Source: an uncultured Gemmatimonadaceae bacterium (lineage in GTDB: Bacteria > Gemmatimonadota > Gemmatimonadetes > Gemmatimonadales > Gemmatimonadaceae). Taken from it: a DNA stretch of 64,000 nucleotides. Shown piece after piece: positions 1 to 11,621 of this stretch. Under the pieces are notes generated by a model. The model ran no database searches, was not told the origin of the DNA, and worked only from the letters and a program-made list of their open reading frames with translations. Position numbers and translations under genes: made by a program. The stretch is from contig CAWBOC010000002.1 in NCBI GenBank assembly GCA_963790305.1, positions 128,001-192,000 on the forward strand. The letters are read 5' to 3'. Each line of letters begins with the position of its first letter. Positions within the stretch are counted from its first letter, which is position 1.

Positions 1-76
1 GCAGCGCCCCCGAAGGCGGGTCGCGCGAATCGCGGGTGCAGCAGGATAGCGGCGCGATGAAGCGCCGAGGGTGGGC

Positions 77-162
77 GACGTGCGCACGTCCCGTTGGAGT
101 TGCGACGGCGCAACTCCTTCATCCAGTCATCCACGGCCGCCTCCGGCCCGGGATGACTGGAT
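77..162. other. Cluster of three adjacent stem-loops
   Basis: GACGTGC|GCACGTC (77-90); GGAGTTGCG-acgg-CGCAACTCC (96-117); ATCCAGTCATCC...GGATGACTGGAT (121-162) with inner GGCCG/CGGCC. Lies just downstream of the minus-strand gene ending at 189. Confidence 0.55.
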
Positions 163-188
163 ATAGGTCCTAGGAGCGGACTGTCAAG

Positions 189-698
189 CTAGTGGGCTCG
201 ACCGTCGGCGATGGTCGGTCCGGCGGCACGGTCCTTCGTTAGGTTCCCGCACGCCACGGCCGACGAGTTCACGAGCTCCGACTGGAGGACGGTCACGGAG
301 TATTCGCCCTCCGTGGGAACGGTGAAGGGAAGGGGGATGCTCGCGGCGGCGGTGCCGTGCTCGTCGGCGGTGATCGGTGTGTACGGCTGCAGACCGGCGA
401 GTATCCCGCGTTCGTGGCCGCACTGGCCGAGGTGGACGAACCATGCGTGAGCGGCGCGCGGGGTGGCGCCGCTGACGGTGATCGTGGCCAGCGTCTCTCG
501 ATAGGTGGCGCCCGGTGAGAGCGTCACCGTGCCATGTAGTGCCCCCGAGAGCGTTGCGGTCCACGTTTCCAGTTGGACGACATCGCCTGTCGAGGTCTCG
601 ATCACCATCGGTGGTCGCTGCACGCAGGCAAGCAGTGCCAGCGCCGGCATCGCGAGTGCCGTCAATACGACCAGCGCGCGTCGGGCGGTGCGTAGCAT
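189..698 (-). CDS. Putative lipoprotein, CHRD/Cu-Zn SOD-like fold
   Basis: C-terminal part of ORF 189..1217. Internal ATG at 698 follows a purine-rich RBS; signal peptide ends in LLAC; HAWFVHLGQC...VACGNL matches the paralog at 43378-43839. Confidence 0.6.
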   Translation of the reverse strand: MLRTARRALVVLTALAMPALALLACVQRPPMVIETSTGDVVQLETWTATLSGALHGTVTLSPGATYRETLATITVSGATPRAAHAWFVHLGQCGHERGILAGLQPYTPITADEHGTAAASIPLPFTVPTEGEYSVTVLQSELVNSSAVACGNLTKDRAAGPTIADGRAH

Positions 699-699
699 C

Positions 700-1217
700 T
701 CATGACCCCCCTTCGTCGAACTCCTCGGTGGTTGCACAGCTTTGGGTGGACTCGCGGATGTCGCCTGGAGGAACTTCCGGAGGCAGCTGCGCGGCAGACG
801 CCGGTTGATCCAAACCACGCCTTCTCCCTTGTCGCGACCGAACGCTTCGAGGAGGGTTTGCTCCCCATCCTGAACGAAGAGGTGCGCGCACACCGCCTCG
901 GGTGCGCAGCCGGCGACGAGGCGCGCCAACTCCGCGGTCGACCCGTCCTCTAACGAGAGGAAATACTCGCCGGTGCTCCGCCGTCGCGCAATGGAGCGAG
1001 TGGTGAGGAATGCTATCAGCGCGGGGTTGCGCGGACCAATCAATTGGAGGATCGCCGTCCGCGGCATTGCCGCGCCGATCGCCCGGATCAGTAACGCGGT
1101 GTCAGGCACACTTCCAATGTCGATCCGGTCGGGATCGGGAAGGGAAAGGCCGTGCATGCCGTTCAGGATCGAGCGTGCCCTGTCGAGCCAGTACATGAAG
1201 TTGCTCCACGTTCGCAA
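700..1217 (-). CDS. Hypothetical protein
   Basis: N-terminal half of ORF 189..1217, protein-like composition, no recognisable motif; true 3' end uncertain. Confidence 0.4.
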
Positions 1218-1521
1218 TCAATGGACGATGGGCAGACCTCCCTAACGGCGGCCCCGGTCACAACGTTGTCGGGCCAATTGTGGGTGTGGTGCATGATCGC
1301 GCCAACAGCGATGCGGTAACGGTCTGTTTTTCGCCGGCCTGCGCGCATCCGGCGCGAGCATCGAGCACGAGACACATGACAGCCCCGCCGACGAGATAGA
1401 TGTAGAACCGTTCGGCTGAATGGCTCGCGCACGGGGCGTCGAAAGCCGTCAGCTAGATGAACGGACAGGAGCCGCCTCTTTTGCGTTGTACTCATGTGCC
1501 TTCCGACGCTTCGGAGCTGCA

Positions 1522-3839
1522 TCATGGTCTGCTTCCACGGCGTATCGCTCTGGACGGCTTCGTCCGGGCGTCACGGAGTTGTTGGAACCCATCATGCAGC
1601 GAGCGTATACCAGACGATCCACGAACTGCCGCCGACGATGTCGGCGCGCCACCCCAGCGACCCGCCGTACGGATTGCTGCTCCGTCGTCCAGCGAGAAGG
1701 AAAGGAGGAATGAGCCGCTTGTGGCGAAGGCTTCCCACTCGGTTGCGCCACCAGGTCGCAGTCCCCAGGCGGGGTCGAAGCCGGCAGCGGCAGTCAGATC
1801 CGGAACGACCAACTCCCACTCGGGTGGAGAGCCACCGAAGTAACCGAGTGTAGCAGCAACTTCACTGGTTGCCTGCGTCGCCGGCTGGACGAAGCGACCG
1901 ACGACCTCCTCGCCATACTCGCTCTGCCGCGGCAGCACCATCCGGTGGCGCAGATATGGCGAGCTCGCTACGACACTCAGCGTCGGCGTCGCCAACTGCG
2001 GTCCGAGCGCGACGCTGCGATTCTCGGCTCTGTGGAACGCCGTAAACAGGCGCCTGAGACCATTCGGAGCCGCAGCCTCGACGAACAACTCATGCAGGTC
2101 CCCCGGCGACTGAAGCGAGGTTGGTACGCCCGCGTACGGGAGGATCCCGACCGGCGATCCAAAGAAGTGCAGGTTGAGCAGCTCTTCGGTGCCGCCAGCG
2201 GTGATGTAGGTCATGAGCCAGCTCAGCGCGTCCGAGCCCAGCCCGGCCAGCGTTAGGCTCGACGATAATGGTGTGACGGCCTCGGCGGCGTCGAAGTCGA
2301 GCACCGGAATCACTGCGCCGTCGGGCAGATCGAGCCCGCGGCGGATGATAAGCTTCGTGGCATTGAAGTCGAACACATTGCCGGAGTGGCCTCTCGATGC
2401 CACGAGATCGAGCGCGCCGTCCGGAACGTTCCGGAGCGTGTAGCTCGTGCGATCCTGGGAGACGCTCGCGCCCCGTGGCCCGAGTGAGATGCTGACGTCC
2501 TGCCCGGCAACACCCGCGAGCGTACCGCTGAGCTGCTTGGTCCCGACGGGCGGCGAGCAGGACGGATCCCACGTCGATCCGATCTCGGCGAGCTCGGTCG
2601 CGGTGGCGTAGATGACATCGATCCGGTAGGCGAAACCAGACGGCCTAACGATCGCCACCCCGCCGCGCGAGGAGACGTTGAACGAGTAGGTTTCGCTGGG
2701 GCCGGCGGCGACGCGCGTCCACGGGCCGGCGTCGTCCTGTGAGGCGACCCAGATGGGGCGGGCCGCGCAGAAGCGGAACGAAACGTTCTGTGCACCACCG
2801 GCTGCCGCGATCTGTAGCGACAGCGTTGCCACGGCATCCGTTATTTCGGGGGAGCTGGCCTTGACTCTGAGAGCGTGGACGCCGGGTGCGGTACCCGCCG
2901 CGACATTGATCGTCAGCGCCGAGCGCGTACCCGCCTGTGGATTTGGCGTGAACGTGCCGGTCACGCCGGCGGGCGCGTCCTCGAGAGCAAAGGTCACAGC
3001 GCCGGTGAAGTTTCCTGTGCGCGTGAGTTTCACCTCGACCGCGGCGCGTCCACCCGCCTCGACGACTGCGGTAGCGGGGCTCACCGCGAGCGAAACCCCA
3101 GGGGCAGCCACGGTCAGCGCGAGCGTCGCGGTCTGGTCGCTGACTCCCTGGCCCTTGGCGCGCACGACGATCGCGTGCTGCCCCGACGCCGCGGAGGGAG
3201 CCACGGCAATCGTCGCCGTGCTTGTGTTTCCGCCTGCGGGAATACTCGCGGGATTGAACGACACGGTGACGCCCGCGGGCACATTCTTCCGCGCCGAGCT
3301 CGACCGCGCCAGTAAAGCTGCCGGCGCGCGTGATCGTAGCGGCCACTGTTGTGCTTTGCCCCGGTGCGACGGTGCGTGCGCCAGGAGTAAGCGAGAGCGC
3401 GAGTGTGCCTGGCACGTGAATGACAGTGAGTGTGACAGCCGCCGTTCTGTCTTCGACGCCCTGGGCACGGGCGCGTACGGTCAGGGCGTGATTTCCCGGG
3501 GCGGCCGAGGCGTCGGCGGCAATCAGCAGGCCGATGGCTGTACTGTGGTGCTCGCAGGGATTGGAATCGAGTGCGGCCCCAAAGTAAATCCCGCGACGAC
3601 ACCGGTGAGGCACACCTTCCACCGAGAGCGTAACCGCGAGGCGAACCCGTTGAGGCCCACAATCTGCGACAACCACGCTGTCATTCCCTGGCGGCCGGCC
3701 CTGTTCAAGCTCGATGGTCGCTGGGGAGACAGACAACGCGATGGCGGGCGCCAGGCCGAATAGGGTCATGCGGCTACACGACGCCAGCGTAAGACGAGAG
3801 GAAGGCGATCGTTAGGTCTGCGCGCCGGAGGGGGATCAT
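1522..3839 (-). CDS. Large secreted/lipoprotein with tandem Ig-like beta-sandwich repeats (frameshifted)
   Basis: ORFs 2645..3769 and 1522..3468 carry three similar repeats (LSVSPAT...APG.HAL.VRA...DxTAxxxLTV) split across frames; 5' end approximate. Confidence 0.6.
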
Positions 3840-4025
3840 GGCGGATTTCCGAAAGAAGAGGCAAGCCCCCGCCCAATGCGTTGACCTACCATGGGTATGG
3901 CGCGGGGCCACCCGCCGTGGGGGTTCGTCGAGTTCGGGTCCTGATACTTCGAGTCGTACCGAATTGAACGGACTGCAACAGACATTTTTCCGCGTCCGCG
4001 CGCGCGGACGACGGTCTACGGTGAC

Positions 4026-5243
4026 CTAACGTTGAGAGGCGTTGACACGCGCCCATCCGCTCCGTGCGGAAGACTGTGCGCGCCGCGTCGTCTGAAGTCG
4101 GGGCAAGTCGTCCGTGCGCGCGTTCCCGATCCGTGGATTCGAAGCGACGTCGAGGCCGACCGATAGACTGTAGGTGCCGATCTGCTGGGCTCCGACGCTC
4201 GATGCGCGGATCGCGTACAAATCGTCCGCCTCGGCGGTGTAAATGACGACCGCGGTGCCACTGCCGCTCCCATCGGTTTGGGCCACGACCTGGCCGGCGC
4301 GAACGATTCGAAGAAGAGGTGCAAACTGCGTCAATGTTTCCGTTACTCTCACGCGTTGCCCTCTGAGGATCACGAAACGAAATTCGTCCTCGTAGCGACC
4401 GGATGGGCCGGAACAGTCTGTCGAGGCGAGATTCTGTGACGTCGTGATACCAAGCATGACGAACACGCGCTCGCACGACTCGGCGCTTCCCGAGGTAGGC
4501 ACCACCGTGAGCTCGAACGGGCCCGTTGCCCCCGCCTCCATCGACGTGGCGGCGATCCCGTACGCGCCGCCTGTACCGATCGCTTCGCTCGCGGGGAGAA
4601 TTGCCTTGAACCGAGCCTCGCGAGTCGCGTTGACGGAGTCGTTCACGAAGTAGAACCACGGAGCAAAGCTGTAGAACTGCACCTCCGGGTCGAAGCTGGT
4701 GGATCGCAGGCTGATGCTGAGCGCTTGCTGTGTGGGCAGGTTGAGGGGAAACAGGTCATGGAACCGGCCCTCCACTTCGCAATCGTGAGGGCGCAACGTT
4801 CCGGAGATCGTGCTTCCCGGCGCAATCAGCGGCCAGGCCCACCACTCACACGACGGGAGGGCGACGGACGAAAAGCTGATCGGCTCCGTACCTGGGACAC
4901 TGGCGCGGACGGTCACCGGGCCTACCGAGGATCCCATGGTCACGCGGGTTTCCGCATTGCCACTGCCGTTCGTGGTACTCTGCGCAGGATTAATGGTCGC
5001 AGTACCCCCGATGACCGCCCACTGAACGGGGGCGCCGGCGAAGGGACGATCGTCTGAGCCGAATACCCGGACCCGCAGCGGTATCGGGAGCTCCTCGCCA
5101 GGACGTGATTGCTGGGTGTCGCCTGCCACGAGCTCGAGCCGTCGCGGTTGGACAGGGCCGGTTCCGTCGCTGCACGCGACACACACCACAGCCAATGACG
5201 TGACGGCTACCGTCAGGCAGGAGGAGACAGAGCGTCTGGTCAT
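4026..5243 (-). CDS. Lipoprotein with Ig-like (Big_1-type) and two PPC-like domains
   Basis: Lipobox VAC; 'GDTQQSRPGEELPIPLRVRV...TTNGSGNA' Ig motif; two 'ISGTL...DC...D.F...S.FDP' PPC-type repeats. Confidence 0.7.
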   Translation of the reverse strand: MTRRSVSSCLTVAVTSLAVVCVACSDGTGPVQPRRLELVAGDTQQSRPGEELPIPLRVRVFGSDDRPFAGAPVQWAVIGGTATINPAQSTTNGSGNAETRVTMGSSVGPVTVRASVPGTEPISFSSVALPSCEWWAWPLIAPGSTISGTLRPHDCEVEGRFHDLFPLNLPTQQALSISLRSTSFDPEVQFYSFAPWFYFVNDSVNATREARFKAILPASEAIGTGGAYGIAATSMEAGATGPFELTVVPTSGSAESCERVFVMLGITTSQNLASTDCSGPSGRYEDEFRFVILRGQRVRVTETLTQFAPLLRIVRAGQVVAQTDGSGSGTAVVIYTAEADDLYAIRASSVGAQQIGTYSLSVGLDVASNPRIGNARTDDLPRLQTTRRAQSSARSGWARVNASQR

Positions 5244-7759
5244 GGTTGGCCCTCGACTCGTACCGGCACCCCGACGCCGGGTGACTGGTCGTCGGTCCCG
5301 AGCGCGAAGTTTCCATTAAAGCCCCAGCAGTACGCGAGGCTGCTTGTCGTCACACCGCAGCTGTGGTCTCGGCCAGCGCTCACGTTCGCGAAAGAGAGAC
5401 CTCCCACGACGGCGACCGGTGAAGCGGAATTGGTCGTCGTCGCGTTTCCGAGCTGACCCCAGCTGTTAAGTCCCCAGCAGTACGCCCTACCTGTTGACGT
5501 CACTGCGCATGTGTGCGCCTCACCGGCAGTAATCGCGGTGAATCTGAGGTCACCCGTTACTGGCTCAGGCGCCGTGCTGCACGGGAACGGCCGGTTGAAC
5601 GGATCTGGGTTCTGGCAGAAGTCGGGGCCCTCGAAGGCACCGTGGCCAAGTGCGCCCAACCCACTGGCCCCCCAGCAGTACGCCCTTCCATCAGTCGTCA
5701 GGCCGCACGTATGGCGTGCCCCGGCGGTGAGCGACACAAACTGCAGCCCGCCGATAACCACGACCGGCGTCGATCGATTCGTTTCGGTGCCATCCCCAAG
5801 CTGGCCGAACAGATTTTCGCCCCAGCAGTAGGCATCACCCGCAGCGCTGAGGGCGCACGCATGGATATCACCTAACGCGATCGAGGTAAACACGTGTCCG
5901 CCAGAGACTTCGACGGGAAGCGTGCTGCAGGGGAGGGCTGGCCCCCCCTGGGGAGTGCAGCTCCCTGGGCCCGTTGCCGTCCCGATGCCTAACGCTCCGG
6001 CAACATTGGCACCCCAGCAATACGCGGCGCCGGTCGGCGTGAGTCCACAAGCGAATTGATACCAACCACCATGCTTGTTCGCCTGAATGTCCGAGTACGA
6101 CCGCCCGCCGGACACGGCGACCGGCGTCCTGCTGCACGGCCCGCCAAACTCACATTGTTCCGGACCGCTCGTAGTCCCGATCCCAAGGGCGCCGAGCGCG
6201 TTCGCGCCCCAGCAGTACGCCTCGCCGGCCGCGGTGATGGCGCAGGTATGGCCGCCGCCCATGCTGATCTGCACGAACCGCAACCCGCGGGAGACCGCTC
6301 TGGGCAACATCCACGAATTGGCGGACCCATCGCCGACTTTCCCCGTCGAGTTCTCGCCCCAGCAGAACGCCCACGAGCTACCCCTCAAGCCGCAAGTCCC
6401 GCTATGCCAGCGCTCACCGTCTGGTACGGTCCCGGTGAGACGACATCGACCGTCGTCGTGTCGCTACGCCCCTGACTGGTGGCGACGATCGATACCGTGC
6501 CTGGCGACACGCCCATGACCCAGGCCTTCCCTGACGCCGCCTGTTCGACCGTCGCGATCGATGAGTTGCTGGTGCTCCAGGACAAGGTTGGAATGGGACG
6601 ACAATGCCGGCCGCGTCCTTGGTCACTGCGGCCATTCCGATCTTCCCCGTCAGCGGAACCGTATCGGACGGCGGCGACAGCTCGAGCGAGGCGACCGGCG
6701 TTATTGAACCGACTTGAATCACCGCTGTGCCCACGACGCTGGCATTGTCAGAACGTGGGCACGGATCCGTGTTTCTCCCTGAGCGACCGCACTGACGAGA
6801 CCTGTCGAGGACACGGACGCCACGGCCGGGTTCTCGCTCGTCCACAGGAGGGGGACGCCAGCGATTGAAATGGGTACGCGCGTCGTGTCATCACCGCCGC
6901 TCGCTCTGGCGGTAAGTTGAAGGCGTGAGCCAATGTTCAGCGCCGTGATATCTGGCAGTACCGTCAGCTGCGTGACTTCGGGCGCGAATGTCGAACCAGT
7001 CGTGAACTCGATTGCCACTTCCTGCTCCAGAGGATCACCATCTAGATCTCGGACTTCTGGTCGAACGACGAGTCGGAAGGTCGTATTCGCGCTAAGCGGC
7101 TCTGCTGACTGGAATGCCACACCAGCTGTGACGCCCTCGAGCAAGCGCGGCGTCCCGGCGACGGGTATGGTTCCACGCAAGAGCTGGATCGTCGAGGACG
7201 ATACCGAGCTCGCCGAAATAGGCTCGCTGAATACGATCACGATGACGCCATTGACGGCGACGTCCGTCTTGCCACGCGGCGGAATCGTGCGGATGACGCG
7301 TGGGCGCCGCTTGGTCGGAACCTTGCTTCCGGTGCGAGCGAGGGTCACACCCCCGGTGAGAATCTCGATCTCGATACTGTCCCCCGCCGTGGCGGGGACA
7401 GCTACCGGGTCAAGTCCACCCTCGACCATGAGGGCCGTTACCGTGCCCGTGATGCGCGGACTGTGGATCCGTGCGACGGTGGCGGTTGGGTAGCTTGCTG
7501 GCGCGAGCGAAACGTACGCGACCTCTTCGTCTCCGCTCGTCGTTTGCGCGGCAAAGGCGAATTCCGTGTCTCCCGACGATCGGTGACGAGCGGCTGAAAC
7601 ATTGGGCGCGCTCGCCGAATCCGACACAACGAGGCTCCCCAAGTCCGGTAGCAGATTGACCACCGGACGACCGGCGTCCGAGCACGCGCTGAGACATATC
7701 AGCGCAGCGGCACTTGCGAGCCCCATCCGTCGGATTCGCATGCGTGCCCCCTTCATCAT
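5240..7759 (-). CDS. Lipoprotein with Ig-like (Big_5/Big_2) domains and RCC1/BLIP-II beta-propeller (frameshifted)
   Basis: ORFs 6719..7759, 6414..6845, 6385..6585 and 5240..6388 join into one gene: lipobox LSAC, 'IVFSEPI' Big_5, 'WTSENPAVASV'/'WSTSNSSIATV' Big_2, about seven 'HTC...G.AYCWG.N..G.LG' RCC1 repeats. Confidence 0.75.
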
Positions 7760-10700
7760 CGTCCGCCGACCAGGACGAACCCCGCCCAGTAGAACGGATC
7801 CGCCGTCGCTGACTGTCGCAGAGCTTCACGTTGCGCGGCCGACAACGCCGAGCCTTCGGTCTCACCGGCGCGCAACCGTCGATACAACATTCGCATCACC
7901 CTCGCCGTCGCGCGATCTTCGACTGGCCAGAGGGTCGCGATGACATTCGACGCTCCGATGCCAAGAAAGGCGCGAACGAGTCCCACCCAGTCGTCGCCCG
8001 CTGGCACGTCCGTCACCAACCCGAGGCCAGCGCGGTCTGACACGCGCTGAGCACGACCAATCGCGCCCTGAGCTCGAGTCCAAAGACCTCGTGCACTTCA
8101 AGCCGGCCGTCGACATCCGCGCCAGGCGACAATGCGACGTAAGAGAACATCGGATTGTGCTTGTTGAGCACGCCATACGTCGCGAGGTGCACGATGCCGT
8201 GCTGCGGCGCCTCCACACGAAACGCCGCCTCCGACGCCGCACCATCCCGGAGCACCGTCGCCTGACGGCCGAAAAGCGACCGGATCATCTCGACCTCCTC
8301 ACCCGATCCCGGCAAGGCCGCCGAGCGCGGGGCGAGCGCCAGGACGTCCGATCCCCTGGGTGTCGGGCGCTCGCCGAGGCGCAGCCACACCGACGCCGAT
8401 GGAGCGTAGGCGATGTCGTATTGCTCGATGAGAAACGTGTCGCGCGGGCCAGAGCGGAGGAGCGCCGCAAAAGGGAGGTAATGCAGCTCGGCGTGTGGAA
8501 TGATGATGAGCCGCTGGACGCCTTTGAGGGCCCCGGCATTCTCGAGCGGCGCAATGAGATATTCGTGCAGACGGCGTAGCGGCGTGCGCCAGGCGGCACG
8601 TGCGGCCGACGTCGCGGCCTTGGGACGCGAGAGAGTGCCGCGCGCGAAATCCACCAGCGACTCGATCGCACGACGTCCCGCGTCCAGGTCGACGACGCGC
8701 AGGGTATCACGCGTCAGCACGAAGACAACGGTGCCGGAGTCCGCCACCAGATATTCCAGCATCACCTCGCCGGGTCGAAGGCGACCGGCGACCTCGCGCC
8801 ATCCGGACACCTCTCCGCGAACGATTCGCGCATATGACCACGCATCCTCGCGGAGCGCGAGAAGAAGCTCCTCGTATTGCTCGTGCGCTCGCGCAAGCAC
8901 GTGTCGGGTGGTACCGGGCTCACTCCGGGGATCGTCGACGAGCGTTCGCCCACGCCGGGTGCCGACCGTGGTCTCCTCGACCTCCACGCGCTGTGTCAGC
9001 TCAATGATCCGTCGTCGAAGATCCTGCTCTCGCTCGACCAGCCCGGAATCCAGCGACATGGGCCGTGTCACGCGTCCTCGTGCCAGGAGATCGAGCATCT
9101 GCCGTGCACGCATCCGCTCGCTCGCCGCGAAGGCGGCGGCGGCGTCCCCGCGCGCCCGTTCCACCATGGCGAGCTGTGCGTACACGTCCCACTTGTCCGC
9201 GAGGAACGCGGCGCGACGCTCCTCGAGCCTGAGCGTTCCGGCGACCCGCTCGATGTCCTCGACCGATGCGCGCAGCTCGGCTGCGGCATCGCCCAAGGCT
9301 CCGCGGCGGTGCAGTGCGCGGCCCAGACCCGCGCGCAGCTGCCATGACACCGGCGCCGCGGGACGCCTCGTCAGGCGCGAGAGGCCGCGGCGATACAGCC
9401 TCTCCGCCGCGAGTGGCCGGCCCTCGTCGAGCTCGAGGTCGGCGAGCGCGCTCAATGCCGCCGCTTCCCCGACGACGTCGCCTAACGCGCGCAGGCTGTC
9501 GGTGGCCTGTTCCAGCGTTCGGCGTGCCCCGGCGACATCACCCTGGCGGTGCTGCACGTGTCCGATCATGAGCTGCGTCAGCGCTGCCGGCCGCCGGTCG
9601 CCAGAGGCGGCCTGGGCTTGCCCTGCCGCGCGCAGGACCACCAGCGCGCGCGCATACTGGCGTCGCTCACTCAACAGCATGCCCAGCCCGTGCTGCGCCT
9701 CGGCCCGCTCCGCGCGCATTCCCGCCCGCCGGTACAGCACCTCCGCGCGCGCATACTGCCGCTCCGCTTCGGGATAGCTATTGAGCAGCATCGCGAGATC
9801 AGCGCGAGCGAGCGCCACTCCCGCTACCAGCTCGGGATCGGATTCGGCACGAACGAGCCGCTCCGCACGCTGTAGCTGCGCCGACGCACCGCTCAGGTCG
9901 CCGGCGGCCGCGGCCACCGAAGCCAGGTCACGTCGAACGAGCACGACGTCGGCTGGCGTTCCGGCGCGGCCGAAGATCGCCAGGGCCTCGGTGAGACGAG
10001 CCTTCGCGGTCGCGTAGTCACCGCGACGCAGCGCCAGCAATCCGAGATTGTGCAGGACGAGCGCGGCATCGACGTCAACGCCGGCGGTGCGATAGACGGC
10101 GAGCGCCTCCACATATCGCCGCGCCGCTTCGGCGTACTCGCCCTCGGTGCTGGCCGCGTTGCCGAGGTTGAGCAGTGCCGCCGCGGCTGCCTCGTCGTGC
10201 GCATGCCGCCGCGCGATGCCGAGCGCCTCCTCGTAATGCCCCCGCGCATCCTCGGTCTCGCCCAGCTCCGCGGAGAGCAACCCCAGGTTGTTGTGATCGG
10301 CGGCGGTTCCGCGCATGTCGCCGATGCGCGAACGGAGATCCAGCGCACGGGAATACATCACTCGCGCTCGATGTAGGTCGCCTCGGTCCTTGGCGACGCT
10401 GCCCAGCGTGTTGAGCGCATTGAGGGCGGTGCGGCGATCGCCAACCGATTCGGCGAGCTCTCTCGCCCGTTCGAGCAAGGTTTCGGCGCTATCGAGCTCG
10501 GCGAGCCGATACATCCCGGCGCCAATGTTGCCTAACGCCGCCGCGATGCCAGCTGTATCGTTGATCGCGGTGGAGCGGCGCATCGCTTCGCGCCACAGAC
10601 GAAGGGCGGCGTCGATGCCCGACTGGCCTTGCGCCGCGTTTCCGGCGCGGCGAACGCTGTCACTCTCCAGCTTCGCCATGCGCTCACGAGCTTCCAGGCG

Positions 10701-10997
10701 TGCGAAGCGCGTCACCTGGGCAAGCGGAAACGAGTCTTCCCACGCCGAGGCGTACACTCTGCCGACACGCCGGGCGAGCGCGAGAACAGAGTCCGCGTGG
10801 ATCACTCGACGCCGGCCCGCCTCGATCAGCAGCAAACGCACGACCTCGCGCGCATTGTCGGGGTAGTCGCGGACGGCATTGAGGAGCGCCGTCTCATCGT
10901 TGCGCATTGCAAGCGTGCGGATGCGGTCGGTCGAGGGTGGCTGAGCGGACAGTCCCTGAGCGACAGCGAGTGCAGCCGCGATGAGCGCGATCCTCAT
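7756..10997 (-). CDS. Secreted TPR + CHAT (caspase-like) domain protein (frameshift near 8020)
   Basis: Signal peptide MRIALIAAALAVAQGLSAQ; many TPR repeats; CHAT motifs IIPHAELHYLPFAAL and LVVLSACQT; C-terminus (GLVRAFLGIGA...TLWPV...PFYWAGF) lies in ORF 7756..8043. Confidence 0.85.
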
Positions 10998-11576
10998 TGT
11001 CCTGGTCGCCCGCGAAGACGAAACTCGACCAGCTCCGACTCCACCCGGCGGTCGAAACCGGTCTGGGCTTCCACTCGCCAGTAGTATGCTGTCTGTTGAG
11101 TCAGCAGCACGGTTGACGGCAGTGCCACGACGGTGTCGGGGGTTTCGTGCTCCCATATCACCGTTCCGTCGCGGTCGAAAAGCCGCACGCGGTAGCCGCT
11201 CGCGTCGGACACCGACGACCATGTCAATTCGCTCGCGGCGTCGACGGTTCCGATTGGAACGATCGGCCGCGGTGCGAGCGCTGTCCCCGACTCCTGGCGA
11301 TGTTGCGGTGAGCCCTCCTGACGCGCCGTCCGCGGCGCCACCCAGAGGAGCGCGAGCACTGCGGCCGCGGCGGCGGGAATCCAGACGCGTCGTGATACAC
11401 CGCCGGATCGAGGCGCCCCATGCACGACCTGCATCACCTCACCCACCTCGGCCCGGCATTCGGTGCATTGGGCGAGGTGCGCCTGAATCAATGCACGCTC
11501 CCGCTCGCCGACGACTCCATTCGACGTAGGCTGCGATCTCGTGCGGATCGAGGTGTTCATTGAATGGGTCGGTCAT
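10994..11576 (-). CDS. Zinc-finger (zf-HC2/ZAS) transmembrane anti-sigma factor
   Basis: HLAQCTEC motif, TM segment VWIPAAAAAVLALLWVAP, C-terminal FN3-like domain. N-terminus MTDPFNEHLDPHEIAAYV is in another frame (1-nt indel near 11521). Confidence 0.75.
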
Positions 11577-11621
11577 CGCTTCATTCAACGGACAGGTCGT
11601 GGTCGGTTGCGGCTCGGATTT

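Noticed and set aside
5240..6388. RCC1 DNA repeats as a DGR template/variable repeat pair
   Set aside because: They are ordinary propeller-blade coding repeats; no reverse transcriptase is present and I saw no adenine-specific mismatch pair.
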